64,000 bases of DNA from Octopus sinensis. Its lineage: Eukaryota. This document shows positions 47,241-59,353 of this stretch, piece by piece. Positions within the stretch are counted from its first letter, which is position 1, and the number at the start of each line of letters is the position of its first letter. The stretch covers positions 620,001-684,000 of the forward strand of contig NC_043023.1 of assembly GCF_006345805.1 (NCBI RefSeq), written 5' to 3'. Below the pieces are notes generated by a model that saw only the letters and a program-made list of their open reading frames with translations, was not told where the DNA came from and did not search any database. Position numbers and translations under genes: made by a program.

Positions 47241-48154
47241 CCTGATTGTATAAAAAGAAAAAATATTTTCTGTGTCTTTTACAAGTGACTGTCTCTTGGA
47301 CTCCGTTAATCCCTTGCAATCACCCTCCTCATTTGATGCCAACCATCCTCCACCATTCCCTAGCGTCTCCCTCATCCTCCATCCTGAAGCCTACCTTATT
47401 TCTTGCCTTCTGTGTCACTAACTTTACTGTAAAATGTCTTCGGGCTTGTATTAATGGCTTGGACAATTTTTCGAGCTATTTCTTTGTAACCTTATTTAAT
47501 TGTTGTTCCAGCACGACCACCACCGATAACAACTGACTGACAAAATACCTCACCAACCAACTATGCAGCCAACCAACTAACGAACACTAACACTGACTCT
47601 AATACCACCACCACTACTACTACAACAACTGCTACCATCATCACAAAAATCACCACCATTTCTACTACCACCACCACCACTATAACTACCACTACCACCA
47701 CAAACACTACTATTATCACCACCCCACTAACACTAGTACCATCATCACAACCACTATTCCACCACTATTATTAACACCGCCATCTCCTCCATTAAGGAAA
47801 TTGTTTCTCTATGTCATCATGAGATCGAATTCATATTACAGCTTAATTTCTCTTAAACCACACCTAGATAAGCGAGCAATACATGAGATAATGTAGAATT
47901 AGAAACAGAAAAAATATTCTGGATGGTCATGCAGTGTTTTCTACTGTAGCCCTGTGAGTAAATTTGCTTTGCAAGTAAATTTGGTAGATAGAAACTGAAA
48001 GGAAGCCCATCATATATATATGTATATATATTGCTCATACTGAGTTGCGAACACCAGATATCATCATCATCATCATCGTTTAACGTCCGTTCTCCATGCT
48101 AGCATGGGTTGAAATACATACACACATATGCAAACATGTATATATACACACACA

Positions 48155-48715
48155 CATCATCATATCATCATCATCATTGTTTAACATCCGCTTTCCATGC
48201 AGGCATTGGTTGGATGGTTTGATTGAGGACTGGCAAGCCAGAAGGCTGCACCAGGCTCCAATCTGATCTGGCAGAGTTTCTTCAGCTGGATGCCCTTCCT
48301 AATGCCAACCACTCCAAGAGTGTTGTGGGTGCTTTTATGTACCTCCAGCATGAGGGCCAGTCAGGTGGTACTGGCATCAGCCATGTTCAAAAGTTGTGCT
48401 TCACCACCGCAACCCAGGTTTTCCTGGGTCTACTCTTCCACAGGTTCCCTCAACTGCTAGGGTATGACACTTTTTCACACAGCTGTCCTCATCCATTCGC
48501 AACACATGACCATACCAGTGAAGTCGTCTCTCTTTCACATCACATCTGATGCTTCTTAAGTCCAATTTTTCTCTCAGGGCACTTACACTCTTGTCATGTA
48601 TGCACACTGACATTACACATCCAGGTAGGAGTTCTCTGAACTTTTGCCAGGCTATCCTTATTCTAGCAGCTACACTTTCAGAGCATCCACCCCTACTACT
48701 GACTTGGTCACCTTA
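48155..48715 (-). mobile_element. RTE LINE C-terminus joined to the 3' UTR and (GAT)n tail
   Basis: ORF LREKLDLRSIRCDVKERRLHWYGHVLRMDEDSCVKKC..VEGTCGR (RTE post-RT region) runs into the GGAAGGGCATCCAGC..GCATGGAAAGCGGATGTTAAAC UTR, linking this UTR family to RTE. Confidence 0.88.
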
Positions 48716-48716
48716 C

Positions 48717-48759
<43 letters not shown>

Positions 48760-49059
48760 TATATATATATATCTATATAGATATATATATATATATATAT
48801 ATACATATAAATATAATATAAATATATACTTATATATACATATAAATATTAATATAAATATATACTTATATATACATAAATATAAATATAAATATATATG
48901 TGTGTGTGGGAATGAACTTTGCTTAGGATGTTCAAAGTGTTTTCATTACCCCCACGAAAATTTTAGTGGGTGTTCCCAAGCCAACAAAAGGTCCATATTA
49001 GATTTTTGAGAATTCATGCAATGAGATTGTAAATTGGGGATTTACAAAAGTATTTTAAG

Positions 49060-49278
49060 GGCCCCTGAAAAGTCTTTGTTTTAGATGTATGCATTGGTAT
49101 GTATTACAAGAAACAGGTTTATGTCTTAAGTTCAGCCTGTATAGGAAAAGGGGTGAAATAAAAAATGGAATTTTGAAAGAAGGATCTATAAAACTAATTT
49201 TTAAATATCAGGGGTCCACCAGAAAAAAATAGTAATCAAAGGAGTCCATAAATAAAAAAATATGGTTGAGAAACTCTG
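49060..49278. mobile_element. hAT-type MITE, right part; inverted partner at 50911-51110
   Basis: Ends GGTTGAGAAACTCTG; the 50911 copy starts CAGGGGTTCTAAACC and shares TGATTACTATTTT..CTGGTGGACCC in reverse complement. Confidence 0.6.
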
Positions 49279-49329
49279 CTCATCCTACCAGGGGCTTTAC
49301 TCTCATTTCCTGCAACAGCTGTGGGTTAG

Positions 49330-49490
49330 AAGAGAACTCATGGCAAACCCTGTACCAGATGGTTGGATGTGACTGGGGAAAATCTCAGGAGGCTCAACAT
49401 TACGTTGGAGGATGCTGAGGGGTTGGGATGGGACTGCCAGTGATGGAGATCACGAGAGGATCTGCATGATGACAAAGTTTCCTGCAATGA
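49330..49490 (+). mobile_element. Decayed RTE-like C-terminal fragment
   Basis: Translates roughly as PCTRWLDVTGENLRRLNITLEDAE, resembling RPxTRWxDxVxxDL; weak. Confidence 0.4.
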
Positions 49491-49564
49491 AAACAACTTG
49501 ACACCATTTTATAACACTTTTTTATTTTTGCTTATCTTACCCTCAGAGAACAGTGTACTATATA

Positions 49565-49569
49565 TATAC

Positions 49570-49645
<76 letters not shown>

Positions 49646-49737
49646 TGACTGCCAGATGGACAGACGGACGGACGGACGGAAAGGACGGACGGACGGACGG
49701 ACGAAAGGACGGACGGACGGACGGATGGATGGATAAA
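49565..49737. repeat. Stepwise tetranucleotide series (GATA)n>(GACA)n>(GACT)>(GACG)n>(GATG)n
   Basis: Direct reading. Confidence 0.9.
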
Positions 49738-50494
49738 GCGAAAAATATACTATGATAAAATTCATTTTGTCATTGAATATTCTTATTTAACAATTGTTTT
49801 ACAATTCAATAAATATGTATAAATAATAATTTTTTTTATTTATAATAAATAATAAATTACTTATATGTCTGTATTAATATATATACAACTGTTTAATTAA
49901 TGCAGATATTAAGTTTGCTCATTAGGTTAAACGAATTCCATGTTTAAACAACATTTCAGCATATTTCAAAGTGCAGAGACAATTTAAGAAAAACAAAATT
50001 TAGATATGGAAGTCAATAAGAATAAAATTAATAGAAATTAATAAGATATTTTTCTCTAGAAGGGAAAGGAAATTTAGTAAGATATTAAAAGGTAAATATG
50101 TAGTGAATAATTTTGGTATAAGAAAAAGTTTGAATATAAAAGAATGAATAGGAAAATCAGGGCAATTCCATGCAAAAGGAGACAAAAACTGAAAAGTTAT
50201 AATGAAACTGTGCTACCATGATTTATGTATTTTTATGTTCCCAGAAGCCAATAGGATTCAAAAAGCTAAAACCCAGGGCAGCCATATTGGATCCAAACAA
50301 GATGTCAATTTGATTGCTCAGACAAAAGGTAGGTATCCAGTTCCATCCTAGAAAAAAATTAACTTTCCATCTTGCAAAGATGCATTTTCAGGAAGAACTA
50401 GAGCAAGACTACAGTTTGGCAGTGTTATTTTTTGGAAGATTATCCTGCTTGTCTGCAAAATCAGAATTTACTGTGGCCATTAGAATCTGTTGCT

Positions 50495-50818
50495 TCAGTT
50501 ATGTTTTGGAAGCACCATCCAACCAAAATGCAAATATATGGGAAATTACCACCTGTGTCATCTCTTGTGAAGGGTAGGAGAGTCCAGTTTACTGGACATT
50601 GGTGTAGAGCTGAAAAAGAGGTAATTTCTACTCTCCTCCACTGGAAGCCATCTACTCGCAATACCAGAGGGCGCACACTCTCCTACCCTGATGTAATCTC
50701 CAGAGATACAGGCATCCAGCAACAGGACCTCCGTAATGCTATGTTGGACCGTGAAGTCTGGCGCAACATGGTAAATTCCATTGTCTCGACCTCGGTCGAA
50801 CAATGATGATGATGATGA
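50495..50818 (+). mobile_element. 3' end of a second RTE-related LINE lineage whose ORF stop merges into the (TGA)n tail
   Basis: WKHHPTKMQIYGKLPPVSSLVKGRRVQFTGHWCRA...DLRNAMLDREVWRNMV..EQ* then ATGATGATGATGAT. Confidence 0.8.
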
Positions 50819-50910
50819 TTTTTAGTTTAGTCTACAAAACCCTAACAAATAATACTTTAAAAGAATGCAACCATTATGATATGCTGGGGTGGGATTTTAT
50901 TCTTATACTC

Positions 50911-51110
50911 CAGGGGTTCTAAACCATTTTTTATCTATGAACCCCTTTGATTACTATTTTATTCTGGTGGACCCTCAAAGCCATTCGATGTTAAAAAACT
51001 AGTTTTATAGACACTTCTTTCAAGATTCCTTCATTGTTTTTCATGTATGAACTTGTGCAGAGAAAGAAACCTTGCTGTTTCTTGCAATACATGCAAAAAC
51101 GTATGCTGCT
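50911..51110. mobile_element. hAT-type MITE, left part
   Basis: CAGGGGTTCTAAACC TIR; reverse complement of 49080-49278. Confidence 0.6.
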
Positions 51111-51132
51111 ATATATATATATATATATATAT

Positions 51133-51524
51133 ACTCTTTTACTCTTTTCAATCATTTGACTGTGGCCATGCTGGAGCACCGCCTTTAGTTGAGCAAATCG
51201 ACCCCCGGGACTTATTCTTTGTAAGCCCAGTACTTATTCTATCGGTCTCTTTTGCCGAACTGCTAAGTAACAGGGACATAAACACACCAGCATCGGTTGT
51301 CAAGCAATGCTAGGGGGACAAACACAGACACACAAACACACACACGCATACATATATATATACGACGGGCTTCATTCAGTTTCCGTCTACCGAATCCACT
51401 CACAAAGCTTTGGTCGGCCCGAGGCTATAGTAGAAGACACTTGCCAAGGTGCCGCGCAGTGGGACTGAACCCAGAACCATGTGGTTGGTAAACAAGCTAC
51501 TTACCACACAGCCACTCCTGTGCC
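51133..51524 (-). mobile_element. SINE-A, full length
   Basis: Complete reverse complement from tail to A-box. Confidence 0.95.
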
Positions 51525-51744
51525 TATATATATAAAATACAAAATACAAAATGGGACAAGAACGCAAAACATCCAGACAACTAAGTGATACAAAAATGGA
51601 CAACAAAACATCCAGATAGATGATACAAAATAAAACACAGGGACGGGTCATTCGAAGCTTTCTATCTTCAGGAGTTTGCGAGTTCAATTCCTTTACTGAA
51701 CAGTACAAAGAGATGAAGTGTCACAAGCTTTGGATAAGTTCTTA

Positions 51745-52105
51745 TTTTATATTTTACTTGTTTCAGCTATTAGACTGCGACCATGCTGGAGCATCTCCTT
51801 GAAGAATTTATAGTTAAATGAATTGACCCCAGGATTTCTTTTCCTTGTAAACGTGGTACTTATTCCATTGATCATTTTTGCCAAACTGCTGTTATAGGGA
51901 CATAAACACACCAACACTGGTTGTCAAACAGTGGTGGGAGACAAAGACACACAACGGGCCTCTTTCAGTTTTTGCCTTCAAAATGCACTCACAAGGCTTT
52001 GGTCAGCCTGAGGCTATAGTAGAAAACATTTGTCCAAGGTGCCACCACAGTGGGACTGATCTCAGAACCATGTGGTTAGGAAGCAAGCCTCTTACCACAC
52101 AGCAA
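51745..52105 (-). mobile_element. SINE-A, diverged, internal microsatellite deleted
   Basis: GAGACAAAGACACACAACGGGCCTCTTTCAG joins the two halves directly. Confidence 0.8.
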
Positions 52106-52819
52106 TGTCTATTTGTGATAATAAACTATTAGGGTATATTGTCTCTTGTTGTCCTGGTAACATTCATTCCACTAAGTTTGCATATTTTTAATTGGATTAA
52201 GATATTTTGTGACGCCCACGATTTTAGTACCACCACCCCACTGGGTCAACAGGTTTGCCTTGTGCATGGCACCCGCCCTGGCTGCTGTTTCCTACTTTTA
52301 CTACCCCCAGGGATCAGTAAGATTGCCTCGTGCATAACACCAGCCCCTGATGCAAGTTTGTCTTTTGTTTCCAATAATTAAAAATAGATTTAAATCAATG
52401 AAAAACACGTAAAAATGTTACATCAAAGAGGTGTTACCATTGCTGGTTCAATGGTAACACGTCTCTCTTTTACAGCTCTCAAAAAGTAACATTTATTGAT
52501 TTGTCCCATAGTTTCATTTTGGTCGATCACTTTAAACTGTATTAAAATAAAATGTAACACATAAAAAATTGACTAACATGTTGATGGATTTAAAAATCAA
52601 TAGCAAAAATCAATAAGGTCTTCATTGATGCTTCTACTTTACTCTGAGTTTGTATTTGTTAGAATACAGTTCGTTGCTGTTACCATGGCTGTGAAGAGAA
52701 AAGGGACCCTGTTGGGAATTGAACTGAGAAATGAGATTTTACAGTGTCTGGAATGGTGCTGTAAACATATCAATGATTGCATAACAGAGCAGCATTTGAT
52801 TGATTATAAATCGCTATGG

Positions 52820-53390
52820 CATAGGAGTGGCTGTGTGGTAAGTAGCTTGCTTACAACCACATAGTTCCGGGTTCAATCCCACTGCATGGCAAGTGTCTTC
52901 TACTATTGCCTCAGGCCGACCAAAGCATTGAGTGGATTTTGTAGACAGAAACTGAAAGAAGCCCATCATATATATGTATGTGTATATATATATATATATA
53001 TCTATAGATATAGATAGGGCGTAGGAGTGGCTGTGTGTTAAGTAGCTTGCTTGGCTCCGGGTTCAGTCCCACTGTGCGGCACCTTGAGCAAGTGTCTTCT
53101 ACTATAGCCTCAGGCTGACCAAAGCCTTGTGTGTGGATTTCATAGACGGAAACTGAAAGAAGCCTGTCGTATATATATGTGTGTGTGTTTGTGTTTGTCA
53201 CCTCAGCATCACTTGACAACCGATGCTGGTGTGTTTACGTCCCCGTAACTTAGCGGTTCGGCAAAAGAGACCGATAGAATGAGTACTAGGTTTACAAAGA
53301 ATAAGTCCTGGAGTTGATTTGCTTGACTAAAGGCGGTGCTCCAGCATGGCCACAGTCAAATGACTGAAACAAGTAAAAGAGTAAAGAGTG
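52820..53390 (+). mobile_element. SINE-A 5' half (52820-52965) followed by a full SINE-A (53018-53390)
   Basis: Two AGGAGTGGCTGTGTG heads; the second copy runs to the CAAGTAAAAGAG tail. Confidence 0.9.
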
Positions 53391-53394
53391 AATT

Positions 53395-53830
53395 CTTTTA
53401 GTTTTTTTACTTGGTCTCCCTTATTAAACTGCAGCCATGCTGGGGCACCATCTGCAGAGTTGAAGTGCAAATCCTACCTCAGCCCTTTTTTTTTTGTCAG
53501 CTTTTATCACATGAGGAAGAAATGTGCTTTGCTCAAGAATATAACACACCGCTCTGTCTAGAAATCGAACCTATGGTCTGACAGTCATAAGTGCAACACT
53601 CTAACCACAAGGGGAACAACAAAAATCAGAGTGATGACTTCTTTTATCTTTTACTCATTTCTCTGATTAGACTGTGGCCATGCTGGGGCACTATTTGCTG
53701 GGTCAGAGTGCAAGTTCTACCTCATCCGCTTTTAGTCACATTTTACAACATGAAGAGGAAATTGAACCCACTGTTTGACAATTGTGAGTGTAATACCCTA
53801 ACCACTACGCCACAACAAAACTCAGAATGA
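53395..53830. repeat. Degenerate tandem duplication (~230 bp x2) of a SINE-A tail / SINE-D head chimera
   Basis: Each unit is GCCATGCTGGGGCAC..GTGCAA.T.CTACCTCA.CC..CTAACCAC. Confidence 0.6.
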
Positions 53831-53954
53831 TGCCTTACATCTTTTATCTGTTCCTTATTTCCGTCACTAGATTGTGGCCATGCTGGGGCACTGCATTGAA
53901 GGGTTTAGTCAAACAAACTAACCCCAATATTTTTTTATTCTATTACTCATTTAT

Positions 53955-54145
53955 CTGTTTCTTGTTTCAGTCATTTTGACTGTGGCCATGCTGGAGCACC
54001 ACCTTTAGTTGAACTAATCGATCCCAGGACTTATTCTTTGTAAGCTTAGTACTTATTCTATCAGTGTCTTTTGCCAAACCACTAAGTTACTGGGAAGTAA
54101 ACACACCAACATCGATTGTCAAGCGATGGTGAAGGGACAGACACA
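53955..54145 (-). mobile_element. SINE-A 3' half
   Basis: TTTCTTGTTTCAGTCATTTTGACTGTGGCCATGCTGGAGCACC...CAGACACAAC. Confidence 0.85.
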
Positions 54146-54158
54146 ACACACAAATATA

Positions 54159-54234
<76 letters not shown>

Positions 54235-54768
54235 ATATATATAACAAAAGAGGGGTTGTATTTCCATGCAGGAAAAATATAGGCCAATTTGTTGCTGAAA
54301 ATGCACCTAAATTTGAAAGTCTTGTAATTGTTTTTAAATACATTTATTTACATATATACCAAACTAAGTTTCAACAATATTTCTTGTTTATCAGTGGTAA
54401 AAATTTAAAATTATAAATTTAAAATTTCAATGTTTACAAGTTTAAATGTTCATAACAGTCAATAATATGAAAAAGGTGGATCATCAAAGTTTCAGTTAAG
54501 AGGGAGAAAAACAAGGGAGAAATGAAGATAGTAAAAAAAGGGGTTTGGTTTACAGTTTCTGTGATTCTCTTTCTGTCATGTGCAGGGACTTTCGCTTGTA
54601 ATGGCATTTTTGGAATCTGGTGTATTTATAATTTTTTCTGTGAACGGATCTGATTTTTGATGAGTTAAAGTATTGGTGATGTCTTGTTTCCCTGGTGGCC
54701 AAGTTTGTCATTCTGCCTGGTTGGCTTTCCTGTGGGGAACAATCATCAGCCGTTCCAGTTGGTTCATT

Positions 54769-54996
54769 GCGGGCTGGCAGAAACGTTAGCACGCCGGGCG
54801 AAATGCATAGTCGTATTTCGTCTGCCGTTACGTTCTGAGTTCAAATTCCGCCGAGGTCAACTTTGCCTTTCATCCTTTCGGGGTCGATAAATTAAGTACC
54901 AGTTACACACTGGGGGTTAATGTAATCGACTTAATCCCTTTGTCTGTCCTTATTTGTCCCCTCTGTGTTTAGCCCCTTGTGGGTAGTAAAGAAATA
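54769..54996 (+). mobile_element. SINE-B, full length
   Basis: GGCTGGCAGAAACGTTAGCACGCCGGGCG..GAGTTCAAATTCCGCC..GTAGTAAAGAAATA. Confidence 0.93.
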
Positions 54997-55296
54997 CATT
55001 CTCTTAAAGGGTCATTTTTGTTGTATTTGCTGAAGTTTGGTTTTAATCAGAGGTAAAATTTAATTGGTCTAGAGTTGGGTGATGTTAGCAACTGGTGTTT
55101 GTAATATTTCATTGGTCTAGAGTGAGGTGACATCAGCAACTGGTGTTTGTATGGTGATTTGGAGTTGCAGTTTCGAAACACACATGGAAAACTATTACTA
55201 AAGTTTTTTAAATTATGTCTGTTGTATCTGGTTGTTTTCTTTTGTGGAGAAATTGGGTTCTCTTTTCCTTTTTCTCTTTAGTACTTTCCCTTCTTT

Positions 55297-55740
55297 CTAA
55301 AGGATATTCAGCTGTGGTTTATATTTTTTAATGAGCATGATTTCCTCATTTAAATGGAATTGGGTCGAAGTGTTTCCAGTGCATTGATACAGAGGGAAGA
55401 TTTGGTATTTCGGGTTTATGTTTGTAGGGCATTAGTCAACGGAATGTTCCTGGTCATGAGGTCCTGGATTTTGTTACCTGTGTACTGTTAGTCTGTCCCT
55501 CAAGGTCAAACTAGTTTGACCTATGTAGTCTCCACCATGCCCTCTACATTTGAAAATATAGATTAAGTTCTTTGAAGCACAGGTGAAGTGATTTTTTAAT
55601 GGTAAAAGTTTGTCCTGATTTAAATTTGCATGTTGAGCCATCTAAGAGGAAGATACAGGTTCTGCAGTTAGGGCAGTTGCACTTTTTGACTAGTGGGGTT
55701 GTTTTTTGGTGGGTAATTTGGTGCTAGTAAGTAACTTTTT
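55297..55740 (-). mobile_element. Penelope-like element: zinc finger plus GIY-YIG endonuclease C-terminal remnant
   Basis: VKKCNCPNCRTC...FTIK/NHFTCASKNLIYIFKC..GGDYIGQTSLTLRDRLTVHR, and terminal EEIMLIKKYKPQLN; frameshifts and stops present. Confidence 0.85.
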
Positions 55741-56019
55741 TAGGAATTGCAGTTGCCTCTTGTGTTTTTTTTACATGTATGTGTGTATGCAGATGAGTGT
55801 ATCTGTTTGAGTGTATGAGAGTGTCTGAGTTTATATGCATGTACTCTTTTAATATGAATGCATATGTATGTGTTTGTGTTCATGTGTATGTATGATAGTG
55901 CCTGTGAATGTAAGTATGCATGTGTGTGTGTGAATGATTTGGTTTGGTGGAAAGGTTTATATGCATTCGGTGTCCCCAGACCCAGTAAGACCCATGTGGT
56001 CAACACTTCCATTCTTCCA

Positions 56020-56640
56020 CTTGAACAGATGAAATTTCACCGTAGCCTTGCCATAGCAAAAATATTTGCAGTAGGAGATTCTAGTGGGATGATATTTTGT
56101 GGAAGAAGGAATAGCTAGATGAAGTGGTCAGAAGTGTACAGGGTATAGTTTGACCTTTCCATGAAACCCTGGCGTCACAACAGTTCCCAGGGACTCCAAA
56201 AAATAATATGATTGATATACTTGATATTTCTCTTGAAAGATGAAATTTGATGCCAGGCCAGCTGCAGCAAAAACATATGCAATAAAGATTAAGAGATTCC
56301 AGTGGGATGTCATTCTGGGAAGAAGGAGCAGCTAGATAAAGTGATCAGAGGTAGAGTGTGGTGTATATTCCCATAGACTAATGCACTACAAGCAATGTTG
56401 ATGTCACAATGGTTCCCAAGAACTCTAAGACTAATGTCATCAATGCATTTGAGAGTCTTCTTGATGAGATGAATTTTGATGCCAGGCCAGCTGGAGCAAA
56501 ATTATATGCAACAGTGAATAAGAAGTTATAGTGGGATGTCTTTCTGGGGAAGAAGGAACAGCTAGATGAAGTGGCCAGAGGTATAGTTTCGCCTTGGTTC
56601 CAAGGAATTACAAGATGAATGTGGTCAATGTTCCCCATGA
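56020..56640. repeat. Tandem array of 3 diverged ~210-230-bp units
   Basis: TTGA..GATGAA.TTT anchors at ~56022, 56232 and 56461; each unit has AGTGGGATG..GAAGAAGGA.CAGCTAGAT.AAGTG. Confidence 0.85.
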
Positions 56641-57015
56641 ACAAATGTGCCTCACCCTATATACATATTTTTGGCCATTTCTTTTTTGGATCTAGTCTAT
56701 ATTCTCTCAAAGCACCACCATTTCCTTAAAAAAGAGCTAAAACCAAAAACATCCCCCTTCTCTCTCTCCCCATGTGTCTTTCTGCATGTATGTATGTATT
56801 TATGCATGCAGCCATGAATGTATGCATCTGTGTATGTACATATATTCACGTATGTATTTATGTTTCTGTACATACGCATGTGTGTATATATATATATATA
56901 TGTATGTATATATGGATGTATGCATGTATGTATTTACATTTCTGTGTATGTACATATATGTATGAACATATTTATGCATCTATATATGTGTGTATGCATG
57001 TATGTATATATACAA

Positions 57016-57049
<34 letters not shown>

Positions 57050-57194
57050 GCTTACATATAAAAATTCATAGATGAATGTTTAAACATATATTTCTTTATA
57101 AATCTTTATATAAAAATGTGTGTGTGTATATGTACATATATACATATATGCACATACCCCTCCTCCAACATTCAAATTAAGCTCATTGTTATGC

Positions 57195-57240
57195 CTCTCT
57201 CTGTCATAATCTATTATCATCATCATCATCATAATCATCA

Positions 57241-57285
<45 letters not shown>

Positions 57286-57810
57286 TATTCATATATGTTG
57301 CTCCACCCCTCGTCTTCTACCTCCTTGCTCTCCCCTCCCCACCCCCACTCCTGCATCTCCACCCTTCACCATCCACCCTAGTGTGTCTCATATTTGCTTC
57401 TTCGGGCTATGGCATAGTTATATTTATGCAATAGCAGCAATAAAACTATCACAGTCTCTCCCACCACGACCACCACCATGATCACCATCATCAACATCAG
57501 TATCATCACTGCTATCACCACCATCACCACCACTATTATCATAATCACAAGTGCACCAGTACCATCAGCATCGCCATAACCATCACCAAAACTCTTCAAG
57601 CACCATGTCACTAACACCTATACCATCACCACTACCACCCAACTCTATTATTACTACACCACCACCAACTCTATTACCACAACACCACCACCAACTCTAT
57701 TACCACAACAGCACCACTACAACCAGCAACATCAGCGACACTAACACTACTACTGTCACTGCCACAACAACACAGCTACCATACCGCTACCACCACAACT
57801 ATACCACCAT
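57195..57810. repeat. (CAT)/(TAT)/(ACC) low-complexity tract
   Basis: Direct reading. Confidence 0.85.
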
Positions 57811-57966
57811 CTGTTTCAAACTTTCTAATCAAATCATATAAAGACTGAACAACTTTGTGAAATATTGGATCACTCTGACCCATCTCTGCACCCCACTTTC
57901 ATTACACACACACACACACACATACACACACAAAGAAATGAGCATGGATGCACACCTATATATATA

Positions 57967-58462
57967 TTGGGTTGTCTGGAAAGTTCTTGCCGATTTTTAA
58001 AGGAAAGAAAAAGGTCAATAAATACATTTTTAATCAACCAAATATGAACCATTTTGTTGCACAATGCGTCTCCATCTTTCCTTTAACTTGAAAATACCCT
58101 CTTCCCAGAATTGAGGGGGTTTCATGGCAAAGAATTCATCAAGGTATCTTTTTACGTCATCTGAAGGAGCAATATCTGGTGAATATGGAGGGTGGGGTAA
58201 CTCATCCCAGCCGAGCTGCAGCAATTTTTGTCTGGTTCCCAAAGCATCAAGTGCCGAAAATGAACTTTCTTATCTTCCATTTTAAAGGGTTACAGAAATA
58301 ACACAGGTTATTAGAACATAAACCTTCTTCCACGAAAAGATAGCTTAAACTCTGCTCTAAAGGGAGGTGTAGTCAAATCCTATTTTATGGACTCAACCAT
58401 GTTCTAAAATAAGTCGAAAGGTAAGCTACTGTAAATCGGCATGAACTTTCCGGACAACCAAA
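57967..58462 (-). mobile_element. Internally deleted mariner (496 bp) with both TIRs and TA TSDs
   Basis: TIRs TTGGGTTGTCTGGAAAGTTCTTGCCGATTT / AAATCGGCATGAACTTTCCGGACAACCAAA, TA on both sides; minus ORF LGWDELPHPPYSPDIAPSD..FWEEGIFKLKERWRRIVQQNGSY (YSPDLAP-D motif). Confidence 0.93.
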
Positions 58463-59353
58463 TACATATATTGACAGACACCTACATAGAGTCGGTATGG
58501 ATGAATGACAGCGATTTGTCTGAGCTTGACAAATCTTCTCAAGTACAGCAAAATCGCTCCGTCTCCCGGTCCCTTGTCCTTCCCTCAGTGAGGCTCTGTC
58601 TCATGATTTATGCCTTCCTGGGTTTACCCATTCCAGAAGTTCTCTCCTGAATTAAAGTTTATGCAGCTGTCCTCACCCATATGCAATCACATGACCAAAG
58701 CAGTGCAGTCTTCTCTCTTGCACACAACATCTGATGCCACTTGCACCCATTTTTCCTTTTAAATCATTTATACTCTATTGCACATGCACACGCCATTCAA
58801 GAATTTGGACCTGGAGATCTCCATTTCCAGTGACTTCAAGGGCCACCTCCCAGTGGTGTCGGGTGTCAACGAAGAGCCCTCGACTACAACATGACGACCA
58901 AAGTTTTTTTTCCAAGGTCTGGGGTCTCCCGCCCTGAAGCCCTAGACCATCACCTAATCACCCTTACCCGTCTTGTTGCTTAACAACAACAACAACAGCA
59001 CATACACACTGACAATAACCCATCCTGTGGTGCATGCCAGCTTCATTTCTTTCAAGCCTTTGCAAGTCCTCCGTAGTCAACCTATGGAGTTTCTACCAAC
59101 ATCCTTTTTACATATCGAAGGGACTTGTGAATTGTTTGTTTTCTGACTTAGTAGCTGTATGTACACAGGCATCATACAATCTGCCTTTCACTCTGTGCGA
59201 GATACTGCTACACCTCATATGTGTCCAGAGCTTGCATTGGGTACAACATATGGAGTTTCTACCAACACCCTTCCTAAATATTGAACAGAGCCATCTCCCT
59301 GAAGGGAATTGAGATTTGTCTGTTTTCCTACTTACTAGAACTTTGGTTTTTGC

